From positions 620,001-684,000 of the forward strand of contig JBLDXI010000026.1 in NCBI GenBank assembly GCA_047495785.1: a stretch of 64,000 bases of DNA, in the 5' to 3' direction. Shown here one piece after another: positions 12,516-25,684 of the stretch. The notes under the pieces were generated by a model. It was not told the origin of the DNA. It did no database searches and worked only from the letters and a program-made list of their open reading frames with translations. The first letter of the stretch is position 1, and every line of letters begins with the position of its first letter. The stretch comes from Lepidodermella squamata (taxonomy: Eukaryota > Animalia > Gastrotricha). Both the position numbers and the translations under genes were made by a program.

Positions 12516-14139
12516 ATGTTGATGAAAATTGTTCTTTTTTCATCGCTGGCGGTAAGTCATCTCTCATTTCGATGTCGCACTCGTTAATTGCGGCATTTAG
12601 ATCTCGGCTCTAGGTCAATCGAGTACGATCTGCTATTACACCCCCGATACTGGGTCATGCCGCCTTTTTCATACCATGTACTATTACGACATAAAAGAGC
12701 AGCGCTGCAAGCAATTTACTTGGGGGTGAGAATTTTCAAACGCGTCGCCCGCACTGTTGCTATATTTTTAGACGCTATCTGATACAGTGGTTGCGAGGGC
12801 AATGAAAACAGATTCATCACCGAGTCCGAGTGCGTTCGAACATGCCAGGGCCCGAAAAATGGCCCAACCATGGCGCCGGTTTATTACCCGCCAAAGATCA
12901 ACAGCGGAACTACAGACCAACCGCCCAAGCAACCACGTAAAAAATTTTAAGGTGGCATTTTTTATTATATTTCTCATTTTTTTAGCGTCTTATTGTTTGA
13001 GGCCGCCGCCAGATAGTGGCTGCTTGGTTTATCGGTGGAATTCTGTTATCAAATTTTACTACAACCACTTTTCGACCCGATGCTTACCAATGGAGGTCTG
13101 CGCGAATGGCATGGCTGTTGTCAATATTCCGGGGGCTGACAACATTTTTTCGTCCGAACAAGAGTGCAGTACTCGCTGCGAAGTACAAGCTACTTCAGTG
13201 ACAAATTCGAACGGACAAGTTATCGCCGCACCAAGTATTAGAGTAAGTCTTCAATTTCTCACGTGATTTGAATTTTGTGCAAATTTGTCATTAACAAATT
13301 AGGGAATTTTGAATTTTGGATTTTTCTTTGAATTATAATTTTTTGAATTGAAATTCATGAGATTTAAATTTAAATTTATTTTGGAATTTTATGAAATTTA
13401 TTTTTTACATTCTTTTCGAATTAGAGAGACGTTCTTTTGCAATCGATGCTGGCAGGTCCACTGACAACGGATCCTCGCCCACCCAGACTAGACTGGGATA
13501 CCACTACAACGACAACCACTCAGCGACCAACCACGACGACACGCCGCTTTGAAATGCCGCCTCAAGATATACAACAATGGATGGTACCCCAGCCGAGTAA
13601 GCGCTAAATTAAAAAATCCAAATTCTTCAATTTTTCAATTCAATTGAAAATTCAAATTCAATCTTCAATTTAAATTTTTCAATTTAAATTTAAATTTTAA
13701 ATTTAATTTTTTTTAATTTCAGATTTAATTTGATTTTCAATTTTTCATTTTTCATCATGAAATATTTTTATTGAAAATAAAAAAAATAATGATTTTTTCG
13801 GAATTTTGAAAGACATTTCTGTTTGTAGGGGGTGCACTGAGTTTGTACCGGCAAGTTGCGATGCATTGTTACGGCGATGTGATCGAAAATTTCATGGTAT
13901 CACCGGAAGAATGCGCTCAGCTGTGCGAGACCTCGCAATCGCTATCATGCCGCGCGTTCACCATCATCGGCGACTATTGCTATTTGAAAAACACGTGCCT
14001 GAGCCAGCCTCGCAACGCCTACGACACGGGCACCAGCGACGGCCAGTACTACCTGGGCCAGTCGCCGCTAAATGTCAACAACAACGCCGGCCAACAGTCT
14101 TGGGTGCGCTTGCGGACAGCGGGCACATTCAAAAAATAG
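12516..14139 (+). CDS. G4: signal peptide + canonical Kunitz (P1 Arg) + long-loop Kunitz-like + Thr-rich linker + PAN/Apple
   Basis: Exons 12516-12551, 12601-12725, 12788-12936, 12986-13242, 13425-13596, 13829-14139, all GT-AG and phase-compatible. CYYTPDTGSCRLF...WGGCEGNENRF...CVRTC; CLRPPPDSGC...CSTRC; PAN HCYGD...EECAQLC...CRAFTI...CYLKNTC. Confidence 0.85.
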
Positions 14140-14946
14140 CCAATGGCTATTAAAAAATTATACCCTATAGCGATAAGCAAACAACAATTAATTACAAAAA
14201 CATCATAATCTCACTCGATTATAATTCGAGTTTAGCTACACCTGTATCGTTTGACAAGTGAAAAAAATGAATTTTCGGCTATCAAAAATACGTAATTTGG
14301 GAGGGTAGGTATATTATTCCCCTTCTTTCAACGGTTCGACTAATATATCACTCGAAATATTGGTAAAAAATGTCGGAAACCCCCTTTTTCACCTGTCAAC
14401 GGGTAGGTATATTTTATATTGCGTGGTAATTAATTTTCCTGTCCGCTCACTCGCGCAATTTTTCGGTGTTTTTTTTTCATGCGCTCACGCGCGCTCTTAC
14501 GAGGTGTTTTAGAAGTGCGTTGGCATAATATGTTCCTCACTCTCTCATTCCTTATCATTATCTCCTCAGACAATTATAACCGTGATGTGGCGTAAACACC
14601 GCGTTGAATTTTTTTAAGAGGAAGAGAAAAAACCCGTTTTTATTACCCGTTATTGCAAATTTTATGTATATAGTAATATATATAGTACTTGTAACATAAC
14701 GAGATGGCAAGTTGCGAATAAAACATGGGCTAATACTCGAGCCGGGCATTACGACTTGTTTGTGTCGCTCATCATCAAGGCCTTCATCTAGTGCCGGTTT
14801 TTGTGGCCACCGATAAAACGCTCAGATTATAAATTAATTGCCGTTTTTTATTTTTAATCCGCCATCATCAGGACTGTTTCTACTCGTTAACACTAAAAGT
14901 TAGCTACCACTTTTTATACAAATTTATCGATTGATTCTCGATAATT

Positions 14947-17818
14947 ATGTGGTGGCTATGGCTCTATGTGGCATGCGCTCAACTGATCTCTACCGCTTCA
15001 GCTCAAGGTAAGTCTGAAAAATATTAAAAATTCTGAAATATTTATTCCAAATTTAATTTTTCAATTTAAAAAAAAATAATTAATAAAATTGTATTAAGGT
15101 GGAATTTTTCTAAAATTTTTTTTATTAGATCCTGGATGCCGGCAAATTCCGAAAAATGACTGCAATTTTTTCACAAATTTTTACGCTTCACTTAAATGGG
15201 TGTACGATTGGGGCAGTCAAAAATGCTGGCCCATTCGATATTGCGGCAGTGGTGATTTGAACAACAACGTTATGTTCCTCATGAAACTCGACTATTTCGG
15301 CCTGAACGACCCTGTCAGCGAATCGGGAAGTAACAATCTATTCGATGATGAGAACACGTGTTTATCAGCGTGCAAACCCCCCGTTGCCGCGAAACCTCAA
15401 CCGAAACCCACTCCAGCGGCTGAATCATCCGCACCAGTCACCCTACCTGGGCCGCCTAAAACCGGCGAAGCAAAACCAGTCGAGCCGACCATTCTTGCGC
15501 CGGTTAAAGAAATGACGCAGACTGGCAATTTAGCATTTGGCCAAAAAGTTCTGCCGACTACAACGGGGCAGCCCTATATGCCGTATGTCAACATTCCGAA
15601 TCACCCGTTCAACGCTTTGGCTCAAGTTGCGCCGTTGAAGCCCGAGCCTCAAAGCTTCACCGGCGAGCCGACTTTCCCATTTGTACCCGATATGGAACCA
15701 TTTGCGGCCCCACCGGCTGCAGACCCGATTCCGAAGATTGAACAGCCCCAACAGTTGCAGCAGTTGAAAATGGTGTCGAATAATGTCCAAAAGCTTCAGG
15801 CTAACTTCAATGGCCCGCAGCATTTCCCTTACGTGCCGAGTATGGAGTTTCTAGTATTTCCAACTCCAGCCCCGCCGGTTGTTACGAAACCAACGACTGT
15901 GTCGACGACTACAACTACGACTACAACGGTATTACCTGAGAAAATCGCGAATTCTTCTGCGAAAATTGGACAAGACCTCCCGCCGGCTGGGGAAACTTTC
16001 CAACAACATCAAATGCAGCCTTTGAAGGGACAACCCATTGTTGACCCTGTTTGGGATCGGATTCGATGTAAGTATTTTTATTATATGTATTCCATCTTAA
16101 ATTCTACATTCTACCTTATTAAAATTGGCTCCTTTAGTTAGGAAAAACTAGGATACTTTTTTTATTTTGTTCGTGCAGAGCTCGAAAGATTAAGGGGTTT
16201 TTTCTTTCGACGTGTAGAAACCCGCTTAAACACGCGTTGGTGGGTTTTTTGAAATAAGAAAACAAAGGGCTTATCATAGTCTCGTTTGCCAGGTTGCTAG
16301 ATCTTCATTTAGATACCGAAAGAATTGTTCATCGTCATTTAAAACGACGTATTCACGAAAAAAACATGAAACCTTGGGCAAAAATGAAGGGGAAAATATG
16401 ATGAAAACGATAATATTCAAGTTTCAGGCGAGCAGACACCAATCTTGACTTGGGGCGATCGAGGCAATGTCTCTTTTTAAATAATCTCACTAATATCAAA
16501 AAATTAGAAAACCGGTAGTAAATCTACCTCTAATGACAATTTTCGAAGAACATTATCTTTCTTGTTAACGCTTTAATTTCGGGTCAGACGAATTTTGTTC
16601 GGTTCTCCGATTGATCCATGAAGATATTTCGATACGCCGGACCCAATATGAAAGCGTTAAACTTGAAACTTTCTTATAGACTTTGACCGTGTCAAATGTC
16701 GTTCCGTCACTTGGAAAATTGATTCTCCGCATTTTCTTTGCTAAGAGTTTCAAATCTCATCATTTCTTGATATTTCATTCCTAGTTCACATGGGATTAAA
16801 AAGTAGATACTTATGCTCAAACGTTCCCCCCTGAAGTTTCGAATTATAATCTTTTATTTTATTTGTTTCTCCGAATTTTCGTTTTCTCCGACTGCAAAAC
16901 CGAGGGTCGCATAAGTGCTTTCAAAGCTGGACATTTCAGCAAGAAATAGAAACAGCCAATTTATCTATCTCATTGGTCCTTGATTTCCAACTTAAGCGTT
17001 ATCATCTTCAACGAAAATACAGCTAATTTCAGGGAGTTGGGTTTAATTCAATTTTGTTATTGTCCATCTTACATCGGCTACAATATTGTCCTTCTTATTC
17101 ATTATAAATCCATTTGACTTCGTAGTCAACAAGCATCATGAGCCAATTATCCCTGTTGTTGGGAAATATGAAGCTGAATGTGTACATCCACAGTTGTTAC
17201 ACGGCTTGTACAAGAGGGTAACCAACTGTGTTACCCCGGTGCTCGGCCAATTATGAATTAATTGCGACCGTCCAAATTGCGCAAATTAAGTGCTCTGACG
17301 TGGCTTCTTTTCAAAAAAGCCGCCGGAATAATAGCTTAATTACTTTATTATCAAGCCTGTCAGTGGTTAAGATGACCTCGGAACTCAAAAAGTGGTTCAT
17401 GCGTAAACAAGCACTGGAAGGAAAAGAAAAATAAACAAAACAAAAATTGATCGAATTTTGTTCTGTCCTAGATGGAGATTTCGAAGCTGTCCACCGCAAT
17501 ATGAAGCGAATCGGCATTTTGCTGAAATTCCGTCGCATGGATGCGCACGAGCGGTGCATGGGTGACATTATTGAAACGTTCGCGCTCGACACGGCTCAAC
17601 AGTGCGCGGAAATGTGCGACCAGTTCGAGGCCTACGACTACTGCGGAGCGTTCACGATCCGCGCGAATAGCGGCCTGTGCGACCTGAAGCGCGACTGCCA
17701 TTCCGGTAGCAATTGGATAGACGCGGAGGAGGTCTACGCGAAGGGACGATCAATTCTACTTCCTGCGCCTGGCGAGGAATCCTACGTCCGACTACCTAGT
17801 ACTGGAAAGTTGATGTAA
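14947..17818 (+). CDS. G5: signal peptide + long-loop Kunitz-like + long Pro/Gln/Thr-rich region + PAN/Apple
   Basis: Exons 14947-15007, 15129-16067, 17472-17818 (phase 1, 1). MWWLWLYVACAQLISTASAQ; CRQIPKNDC...CWPIRYC...NNLFDDENTCLSAC; PAN RCMGD...QCAEMC...CGAFTI...CDLKRDC; AATAAA at 18001. Confidence 0.85.
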
Positions 17819-18467
17819 TCAAGAGCCGGCGGAATTTCTCTGGAAACTATTGGATTTGAACAACAACCAACAGAGTCCGGTTCCTTGTATGCCTCAGAGT
17901 TATAGCTGAGGCTCTTGATTTTCTTCGTAGTCTGTAGCGATGAATTCTGTTTTGTGAAACAGCCGAATTTATATGTTATTAACGTTTATTGATCTACCTC
18001 AATAAAATTGGCAATTATTTTTTGTGTCAAAAATTGTGGTGTTTTTTATTTATCTCAACACTTGGCTTTTTGAAGGCTATTAGATACAAAAGGCGGCCAA
18101 TTTGTTATAACGCATAGATAGTTAATGAGTTAGCCATCGTCTAGCATTGTTACGCGCCAGCCAGTTGATGTTATCGCCATATGGCCGGGAAACCAAATTA
18201 AATTAAAAAACACAACGAATTTTAACACGTGGCTATGACGCAGCCTGATGCTTAAGGCCACGATATACTGATGTCAAGTATTTGACGCCCTCTCACGCTC
18301 GTGCGGCATGTACTTCATAATGATGATTACTGCGTCTCGACCGGCGCGGCGAAGTGAGTAATCGTCGACTAGGTGCAAATAGCAAAAAAACCAGCGGCGA
18401 CGACAGAATATTCAACAAACGAGCGCAGCACAGTTCTGGTCGGTCATTACTTCTATAACGAATCTTA

Positions 18468-20132
18468 ATGATGACAGCAGCAAATTGCAACGTGATGTCG
18501 AGCATCATTCCCAGCTTTTTCGCCCTATTGACGCTTCACCAATTGGTGGGCGCGCAAAACTATCCGGCAGGTCATGACTGCTACAAAGCCCCGCCTATCG
18601 ACGGGTGCCTCAATGCCCCTTACTTCCTAGGCGCCAATATCGGCGTCAAGCGGTACTACTACGACGCGTTTCGGGAGAAATGTTCCATTGTTAACTATTG
18701 CAACACTGGATATCGGCCAAATGTTGCCGTTAACCTCTTCGATACCGAGCGCGATTGTGTGAGGATATGTATGAAAATGGCAACTGGAACATCGACAACC
18801 CTCACACCTATCGCGAATCAAAGAGCGACTACACAAGCTCCAAGAGTTGTAGAACGCGTCGCATTCTGGCCCAGTGAGTTTGCTAAATTTTCTAGCAATT
18901 ACCGCTACTGCTACTGCTGCTACTAATTACGTTAACGTTAATACTGCTCAAGCTTTTCTCTCAATGAATGAAAAAGAAACTGTCGATGACCGCAATCTCC
19001 CTGCTTACGTTAATCCAACTTCGGTCGTCTTAAAATTGGTCTCAGTGAAGTCTCATTGACGAATCCTTTTGTTTGACGTGAGCTAGAACAATTTCAAGAG
19101 CTCTCAAGTTATTTGGAGCTCTCAAGGGCCCTTTATTTTATTAAATTGTTAGGATTCTTCCACTTGCCGTGGCTTTGTTCATCCTCTTATCTCCTTTCCT
19201 CCATCTTTCTTTCATTCTTTCACCACTTCTTAAGAACCGCTTTGCTTATTCTTCTATTGCTCACCGACCTTGAAATCCAAATTGAGAATGCTGTGCCGAA
19301 TAGGAATTTGAAAGACTCGATTGTCAAAGAAGTAAGAAGAAGAGACCAGGCAGAAGTTATTCTACAGAAGCAATTCTTGTCCCATTATTGCCATCATTAG
19401 GAGTCATATATTGGTTGAAAATGAAAACGTTCAATTTCGTGAGCTTTTTCATTTTCGCGCCAAAGTTTCTCCAGAACTGGAGATGAAGAAGTTTACGAAA
19501 TAGATTGGTCATATGACTCCTAATAATGACGATAACGATATCAGGAATTGCGTCTGTAGAAACTTCTGCCAGGCCCTGTAAGGGCGCTTTTCTCGTGTTA
19601 TGCTTCTAGCTGAACACTCGCTAGTCACGAAATGAAAGATGAATGCTGACTGCGTCTGGATTTCTCGAACATGCTTATCGCAAGCTTTTAGCTCTTAAAA
19701 AATGCCATTTTACTGGATACTTATTGATTTCGCTTGAAATGTAACAACATTTGTTCTCTTTTAGGGGCCAGTTCGAGAACCGCGTATCCCGAGTGGTGGC
19801 CCCAGTCCCAAACCCAGCCACCCAGCACCCCCTCCACCCTTACAAGGCTCTACCGCCGGGTGGCCCACGAATGTAACGGCGAAGTCATCGACGTACTCAA
19901 CATTCGCGACCCAGAAGAATGCGCTTCTTTCTGCGAACGGTACCAGGAAGAAAGCTGTGACGCATTTACTCTAACCTTCAACAGCCAGTGCTTATTGAAA
20001 AGCGGCTGCGCACCCGGGCCCAGCACTTACGCTCAAGGCACCCTCGACGGCTACATCATCGTATCACCGAATAACAGTCCAGACACCTATCAAGTGACAT
20101 ATGGAGGCCCATCTTGGCAGCGGGTGATGTGA
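18468..20132 (+). CDS. G6: signal peptide + long-loop Kunitz-like + Thr-rich linker + PAN/Apple
   Basis: Exons 18468 (or ATG 18495)-18873 and 19765-20132 (phase 1). CYKAPPIDGC...RYYYD...CSIVNYC...NLFDTERDCVRIC; PAN ECNGE...EECASFC...CDAFTL...CLLKSGC. Confidence 0.85.
19344..19575. mobile_element. MITE-like element with about 65-bp terminal inverted repeats in the G6 intron
   Basis: Left arm CCAGGCAGAAGTTATTCTACAGAAGCAATTCTTG...ATTAGGAGTCATAT matches the reverse complement of right arm ATATGACTCCTAATAAT...CAGGAATTGCGTCTGTAGAAACTTCTGCCAGG. TSD not resolved. Confidence 0.7.
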
Positions 20133-20931
20133 AATTGTAATTATTGTAACATTTCTCATCATTAATTCGTTGGCTTGAATATTCTCGTCTCTTGTAACAA
20201 AATGTTTTTATACACAGCAACGAGCAATTAAAGTTGCTGCGGGCTGTTGGTCCGCAGCGCTAAAAACGCCGGTTTCAATGTTAAACTCTTTTCTGCTTTT
20301 TTCTATGCTGTTTTTTATTATGAATAGGAATTAATTGCAGAAATGCGCTTATTCTGAGCGTCACGCGGGGGTCGTCTAGTTCATTCGCTTCCGTGCATTC
20401 TCGCTTTATCGGTTTATGCCGACACGGATTTGTTTAGGCAGTGTAATAAGATTGCGAATAAACTGTTTGTTGTAAAAAAAAATAATAAACGTGAGAGGGA
20501 GAAAAACTGACAACAATTTGAAGGTATGTATTCACTTGTCAACTGCCTGGCCGGTGGCAAATCGTCCACTCAAACTTTACGCTGCTATTAATCAAGGAAA
20601 ACCGGCCAGCTGGCACCCGCTCGCCTATATGATATACGTAGCACGCGCGAGATTGCGTTTAGTTTATGTAGACAAGTGACCATCATCATCGCTCATTGAC
20701 ACATCACACTTGTTGTTTTTTTTGCAGCCTAGCATCTAGCAAAAAATGCCGCCCTCGTAAAATCTGTTGGCGTCAATTGGTTAACAAGGTGTTTAGCTCA
20801 AGAAGTGCCTATTGATACGCCGGTCACTAATAAATTATCTCACCTACAACAGAAAAAAAACAACACGTGCGAGAAAAAAGAGACTGACCTGCTATCGCAA
20901 TTTAGTTTTTTTAGAGATTGCACTCACATAT

Positions 20932-22353
20932 ATGACTCGCCCAGTCGCGCCCTCTTTGTTTTTCTGCGTCGTCGCCACCTTTTGTTTCAGCCTAACAACT
21001 GCGCAGAATGACCTGGCTGAGCCAGTTACGCAATCTGGAGGCAATGATTGTTATATGACTGTAGAGGCTGGACCATGTCGAGGCTACTTCCCTATGTACT
21101 ACTGGGACCCTACCACAGCAAGCTGTAAGCTATTCATCTACGGCGGTTGCCAAGGCAACAGGAATCGCTTCCTTAATGAACAAGACTGCAAGACTAGTTG
21201 CGCTGGTCGGGTTCTACAACCAAGAGTCACATTTAGTAAGATTTGCAATTTTTTAGAATTTTTACTGATTTTTTCTATATTTTAGACCCAGCTTGTGGGA
21301 AATTGCCAACGACGAATTGCAACCTTTGGGATTTCTTCTCTACGATGAAATACTATTATGACACGTCAACCAGGAAGTGCCAAACAACTAGGTCATGTTC
21401 GAGACCTAATTACGGAATGGGCTTCAATCAAGACCAGCGCGAAGATAATTTGTTTGACTCGGAATTCGAGTGTCTGCAATACTGTTTAGAAACGAAGTTG
21501 TACCCAGCCTTTGCTTACTCCCCTTCTCAACAAAATCTTAAAACCTCTGCAAACGTTAATGTCCAACCTCAGAGACAGGTCTATGTACCCCCGCCTATGC
21601 TGGCCGTAGCTCCGCCGTCACCAACACCGGTTTACACCATAGCCCCTATGCCTCCGCAGCAAAATTCGCTCAAAACCTACGTCCAACCTTCGAGTCTCAT
21701 TTCACCACCTCAAACACTACCTATCGATCAGCAACCTCGACCTTCGCAACTATATCCATCGCTTTACGAGCCTCAGAGAACTAGAATACAGGTTGGAGAT
21801 ATGTGAAGTTTTTGAGGATTGATCTAATTTCTTTCTTTAGACTCAAATGCCGACCTTGTTGATCACCATTACGCAATCTCCAATGGGATTCGGTAGACCG
21901 TTTCCGCCTGTTACTACAACAACTCCTGCTCCGTTCGCAAACCGTCAAACTACGAAGAGTCCATTCGTCGATCCCAACCTGAAGCCCATTGCGGAATGGG
22001 GTAAAACAGCAGGATCACTACTTCCACCGAGAATTTCCGACTACCTCTCAACCGAAAGACCTCGTTCAAACGTGCTAGGCGATGATACCTATGTTGAAGT
22101 TGACTACACTTGCTACGGCGATTTGCTGGAGCAATTCGTGCAGAATTCAGCCTCAGAATGCGCGAAACTCTGCGATGCGTACAACATGTACGGCTGTAAC
22201 GCTTTCACGCTGAAGGATGGCGTCTGCTTCTTGCAAACCGGTTGCCCAGCTGATACTACGCGCATGAATTTCGACGAATTCGGCTACTACCTCGGCAACG
22301 ATTTCGACTCACGGAAAGGAACGTCCTGGATTAGACGCCGCTTACAAAAATAA
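20932..22353 (+). CDS. G7: signal peptide + canonical Kunitz (P1 Arg) + long-loop Kunitz-like + Pro/Gln/Thr-rich region + PAN/Apple
   Basis: Exons 20932-21235, 21286-21791, 21841-22353. CYMTVEAGPCRGYF...YGGCQGNRNRF...CKTSC; CGKLPTTNC...CLQYC; PAN TCYGD...ECAKLC...CNAFTL...CFLQTGC; AATAAA at 22472. Confidence 0.9.
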
Positions 22354-22777
22354 CGCACATTTTTTTCTCGCATCCATCTCTCAAATCTTGTTACCTATGT
22401 CTTTTCCTCTGATTTTATTATATTTTTTCTTTTTTTCTTGATTGAGTGCTTCGCCCGGTTAAATGAGTGTGAATAAAACCGCAAAGTGCACGCATCTTTT
22501 GTCCAGTGTTTTTCGCACCGCCGCATTGGGTTGTTTTCTTATCGCGATAAGATGACCGTGATGATGCGAGTGAGAATCTCATCACGATCTAAACGCACCG
22601 CCGGCGCGCTCTTCAAAGTGAAATTGTTCGCGAAAAAAACACAACAATCTTAATTAATAGATGAGCTCTCGAGCCAAATAGCCCGAGGCGATGGCGGAGA
22701 TGATGATGATGGGGGTCGCCCTCCTGCACTTGAACCCATTGTTATTTACTCATCTTCACGTAAAACCCACCTTTATC

Positions 22778-23534
22778 ATGAACTCTATCGCCGTTGCTAT
22801 ATTGATTATCACCCTGGTAAGATTATAACGGCTGATAATGTCATATATTGATTCATTACCCGGAAATTATGTATTAGGAATGCGCGCATGCAGCACCTTG
22901 GTATGACCTACGAAAGTCATACAGAAAGCTGCAATACCACTGTGGCACGGAGTTACAATCAGATTATCCGATCTCTAGTGTTGAAGAATGTGCCATGCTT
23001 TGCGATAGATTCGAGCTCTGCACTGCCTTTTCATATTTCGCGGATCTTGGTGGCCGTTGCTCTTTAAGGACAAAGTGTTCTACAATTTCCGGAGGAGCCG
23101 CTGGTACCCAGGGCCAACAATCGTGGCAAAGACTGGATTCAATCGAACCGGAAACTACGACTAAAGGAACTACGACAAGAGGCCGGATGTTCCCTCTGTT
23201 TTTTCAAGGTGGATTGCTTCAAACGCCTCGAACTACGACAATTCCAGCCCCAGATGACGTAATCACAGCTTATATGGAGTCACAATTTCGCCGAATCACG
23301 CCTGGCTTCAATTGCGATAATCAGCCAGCGCTTAGGAGCTACACGAAAGTTCCAGATGCTCAATATTGCGCTGAAATGTGTCACAACTCTGGAACAATAG
23401 CAGATAGGCCGCGATGTTACGCCTTTATTTTCGAGAAAAGTGACTTGTACACAAGATGTGAAATTTTAGGAGCTTGTAATTTGATTTCTGGCGATGGTAT
23501 TCGACCAACTTGGGTGCGATTCACAAATTTTTGA
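22778..23534 (+). CDS. G8: signal peptide + two PAN/Apple domains, no Kunitz
   Basis: Exons 22778-22816 and 22878-23534 (phase 0). MNSIAVAILIITL|ECAHA; HCGTE...EECAMLC...CTAFSY...CSLRTKC and NCDNQ...YCAEMC...CYAFIF...CEILGAC; AATAAA at 23556. Confidence 0.85.
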
Positions 23535-23729
23535 TTACTCAGTCGTTTTTTTTACAATAAAACTGTTGTTGATGAAGGGTGATTAAGTGTAATGAGATGA
23601 CCCATTAAAGCGGGGGAGCAAATTTCGTTCATGCAAACTAGCGGCATGATACAAACAACAAGAAATTCTCACCTGGAACACGGCAGCTTGTAATACAGAG
23701 TAAACCACCATTAACAAATAACATGCATC

Positions 23730-25228
23730 ATGAGTGTTGACCACATAATACTGGCTATGTTGTACTCGTTAGGACTTATTCTATTGTGCTCTGCAATCAC
23801 CGTCGGACAATTACCGCCTTTTGAAAAGGAATCTCATTGTCGGCAGGAAAAGGACACCGGGCCTTGCCGGGCGTTTATCGCTAGGTACTACTACGACCCA
23901 ATCATCCAGAACTGTCGGCAGATGATCTACGGAGGCTGTGATGGAAATCGAAATCTCTTCCTTACCTTAGCTGACTGTATAAGTGCATGCTCTGGAGTTA
24001 AGGAAGACGGCACCTCGTTCAACGATGTTCGAAGTATACCAGCTAGTACTGATCTATCAATTGAGAAGAGATGCATGAGGCCACCTTCTTCTGGCTGCTC
24101 GCCTTATGCTTATATTATGCTACAGAAATTTTACGTAAATCTGGCGACTGGGCAGTGTGAGGGCGATTTTTACTGCAGTGTTGACCATCAATTCGTTGGG
24201 TTTGATACCATGCTGGAATGCACCCTTCGATGTACCAAAGTCAACGAAACTGCGGCCTTGAGCAATTCATATCTGCCCGTCAATGACAGACCTTGGATTC
24301 CGTCATCAGGTAAAAGGATTGATTCCCAATTTCGTCGATTGCCCTCAACTTCTTTCCTATTTTTTCAGACAATTCATTAGGAAATTACTTCCGACTCCGA
24401 TATTATTGCGCATCGCCAATCCCGATGTCAATTGGAATCAAAACGTTAACACCGAGAGATTGCGCAAATTATTGTGACGCTGATATGAATTGTAATGGAT
24501 TCACGTACTTTGTCGATACTAACGCTTGCGAGCTGCAAAGTAACTGCACCCAATCGAATAACATAACGAAATCCAGACTACCAGCTACAGCTCAATCGTG
24601 GAAAAAATTAATTCAAATTTACCCGACAACCCAACCGACTACAACGGTCGAATTCGCAACTGATGCCGATACTTTGGAGTACAACACGATTAATTACCAA
24701 CCTCTGACGGCACATTGTGGTCGCGAGTTCATTTCTTGGGTCATGGTTAACAAAGCTCACGACTGCATGAACTCCTGTGAGATGCGCCAGCCTGAATGTT
24801 CGAGTTTTTCATACTATATAGCAACTGGGAAGTGTTCCCTAAGAACCAACTGTTCGGCTTTAACTTCTTCGCCGAAATCACTGGGCGATGAGGCTTATTT
24901 GAGAATCGCACCTATCACAACATCTAAAGCGACTACTACATCTACAACAGCACCAAAGCCTTTGGTTACTATTCAAACTCGAATCTCAACAGTTAGTAGT
25001 AGAACCTTTGTCGCAGTTACGTATCTCTGCGATACGTCTTCGATAATAAAAGGAATGGCCATGGTTGGAACTTCAACGACTTGTGCGGAATTATGTGCGG
25101 CGGAACGGTTTAGCTGCTTGGCCTTCACGTATATCGCGAACTCGAAAAGGTGCGATCTTCATGCTACGTGCTCGCCCCGGAGTGAAGCTCCTCCCCTCTC
25201 GGCCGCGTCTTACATTAGAATCGACTAA
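23730..25228 (+). CDS. G9: signal peptide + canonical Kunitz (P1 Arg) + long-loop Kunitz-like + three PAN/Apple domains
   Basis: Exons 23730-24309 and 24369 (or 24381)-25228 (phase 1). CRQEKDTGPCRAF...YGGCDGNRNLF...CISAC; CMRPPSSGC...CTLRC; three CxxxC...CxxF[ST]Y...CxL repeats separated by Thr-rich linkers; AATAAA at 25250. Confidence 0.9.
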
Positions 25229-25684
25229 GCTAATCCCATTTATTTTGTTAATAAAAAATGGCACGGAGATGCAATCTTTTTCACTATCACGTGTTTGCCA
25301 ACACGTCGAGCCGGAGTTATCAGGAGTTAATTAGTTTTTTTCATCTCCTTGAGATTAAACATAGAGGAGTTGATTGGTTTTTTTCTAGACATGCGATAAG
25401 CGCTCTCACTTGGCTACACGTGTAGAAAAAGCGCGGCATAAATTAAAGGTTTTTCACACTCGTGAGTATAATAAAGAAGCGCGCATGTCCGACAACATTA
25501 AAGCCACCTTAATACACTGACAAGTTAGCATGTGTATTATGCATGTGTTAATTCTAAATGGCACCGGCCAATAATGCCGCCGTTGTCTGTTTAACATGGC
25601 AAACTATCTGTTGTAGCTGGTCAAGAAGTTGACAGCTTTTTTGTTGCCACCTTAAGTTTTTCACTGCCCACGCGGCTGTTTACA

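Noticed and set aside
14240-14408. Possible inverted-repeat element after G4
   Set aside because: Arms (TTGACAAGTGAAAAA / TTTTTCACCTGTCAA) are short and degenerate with no TSD.
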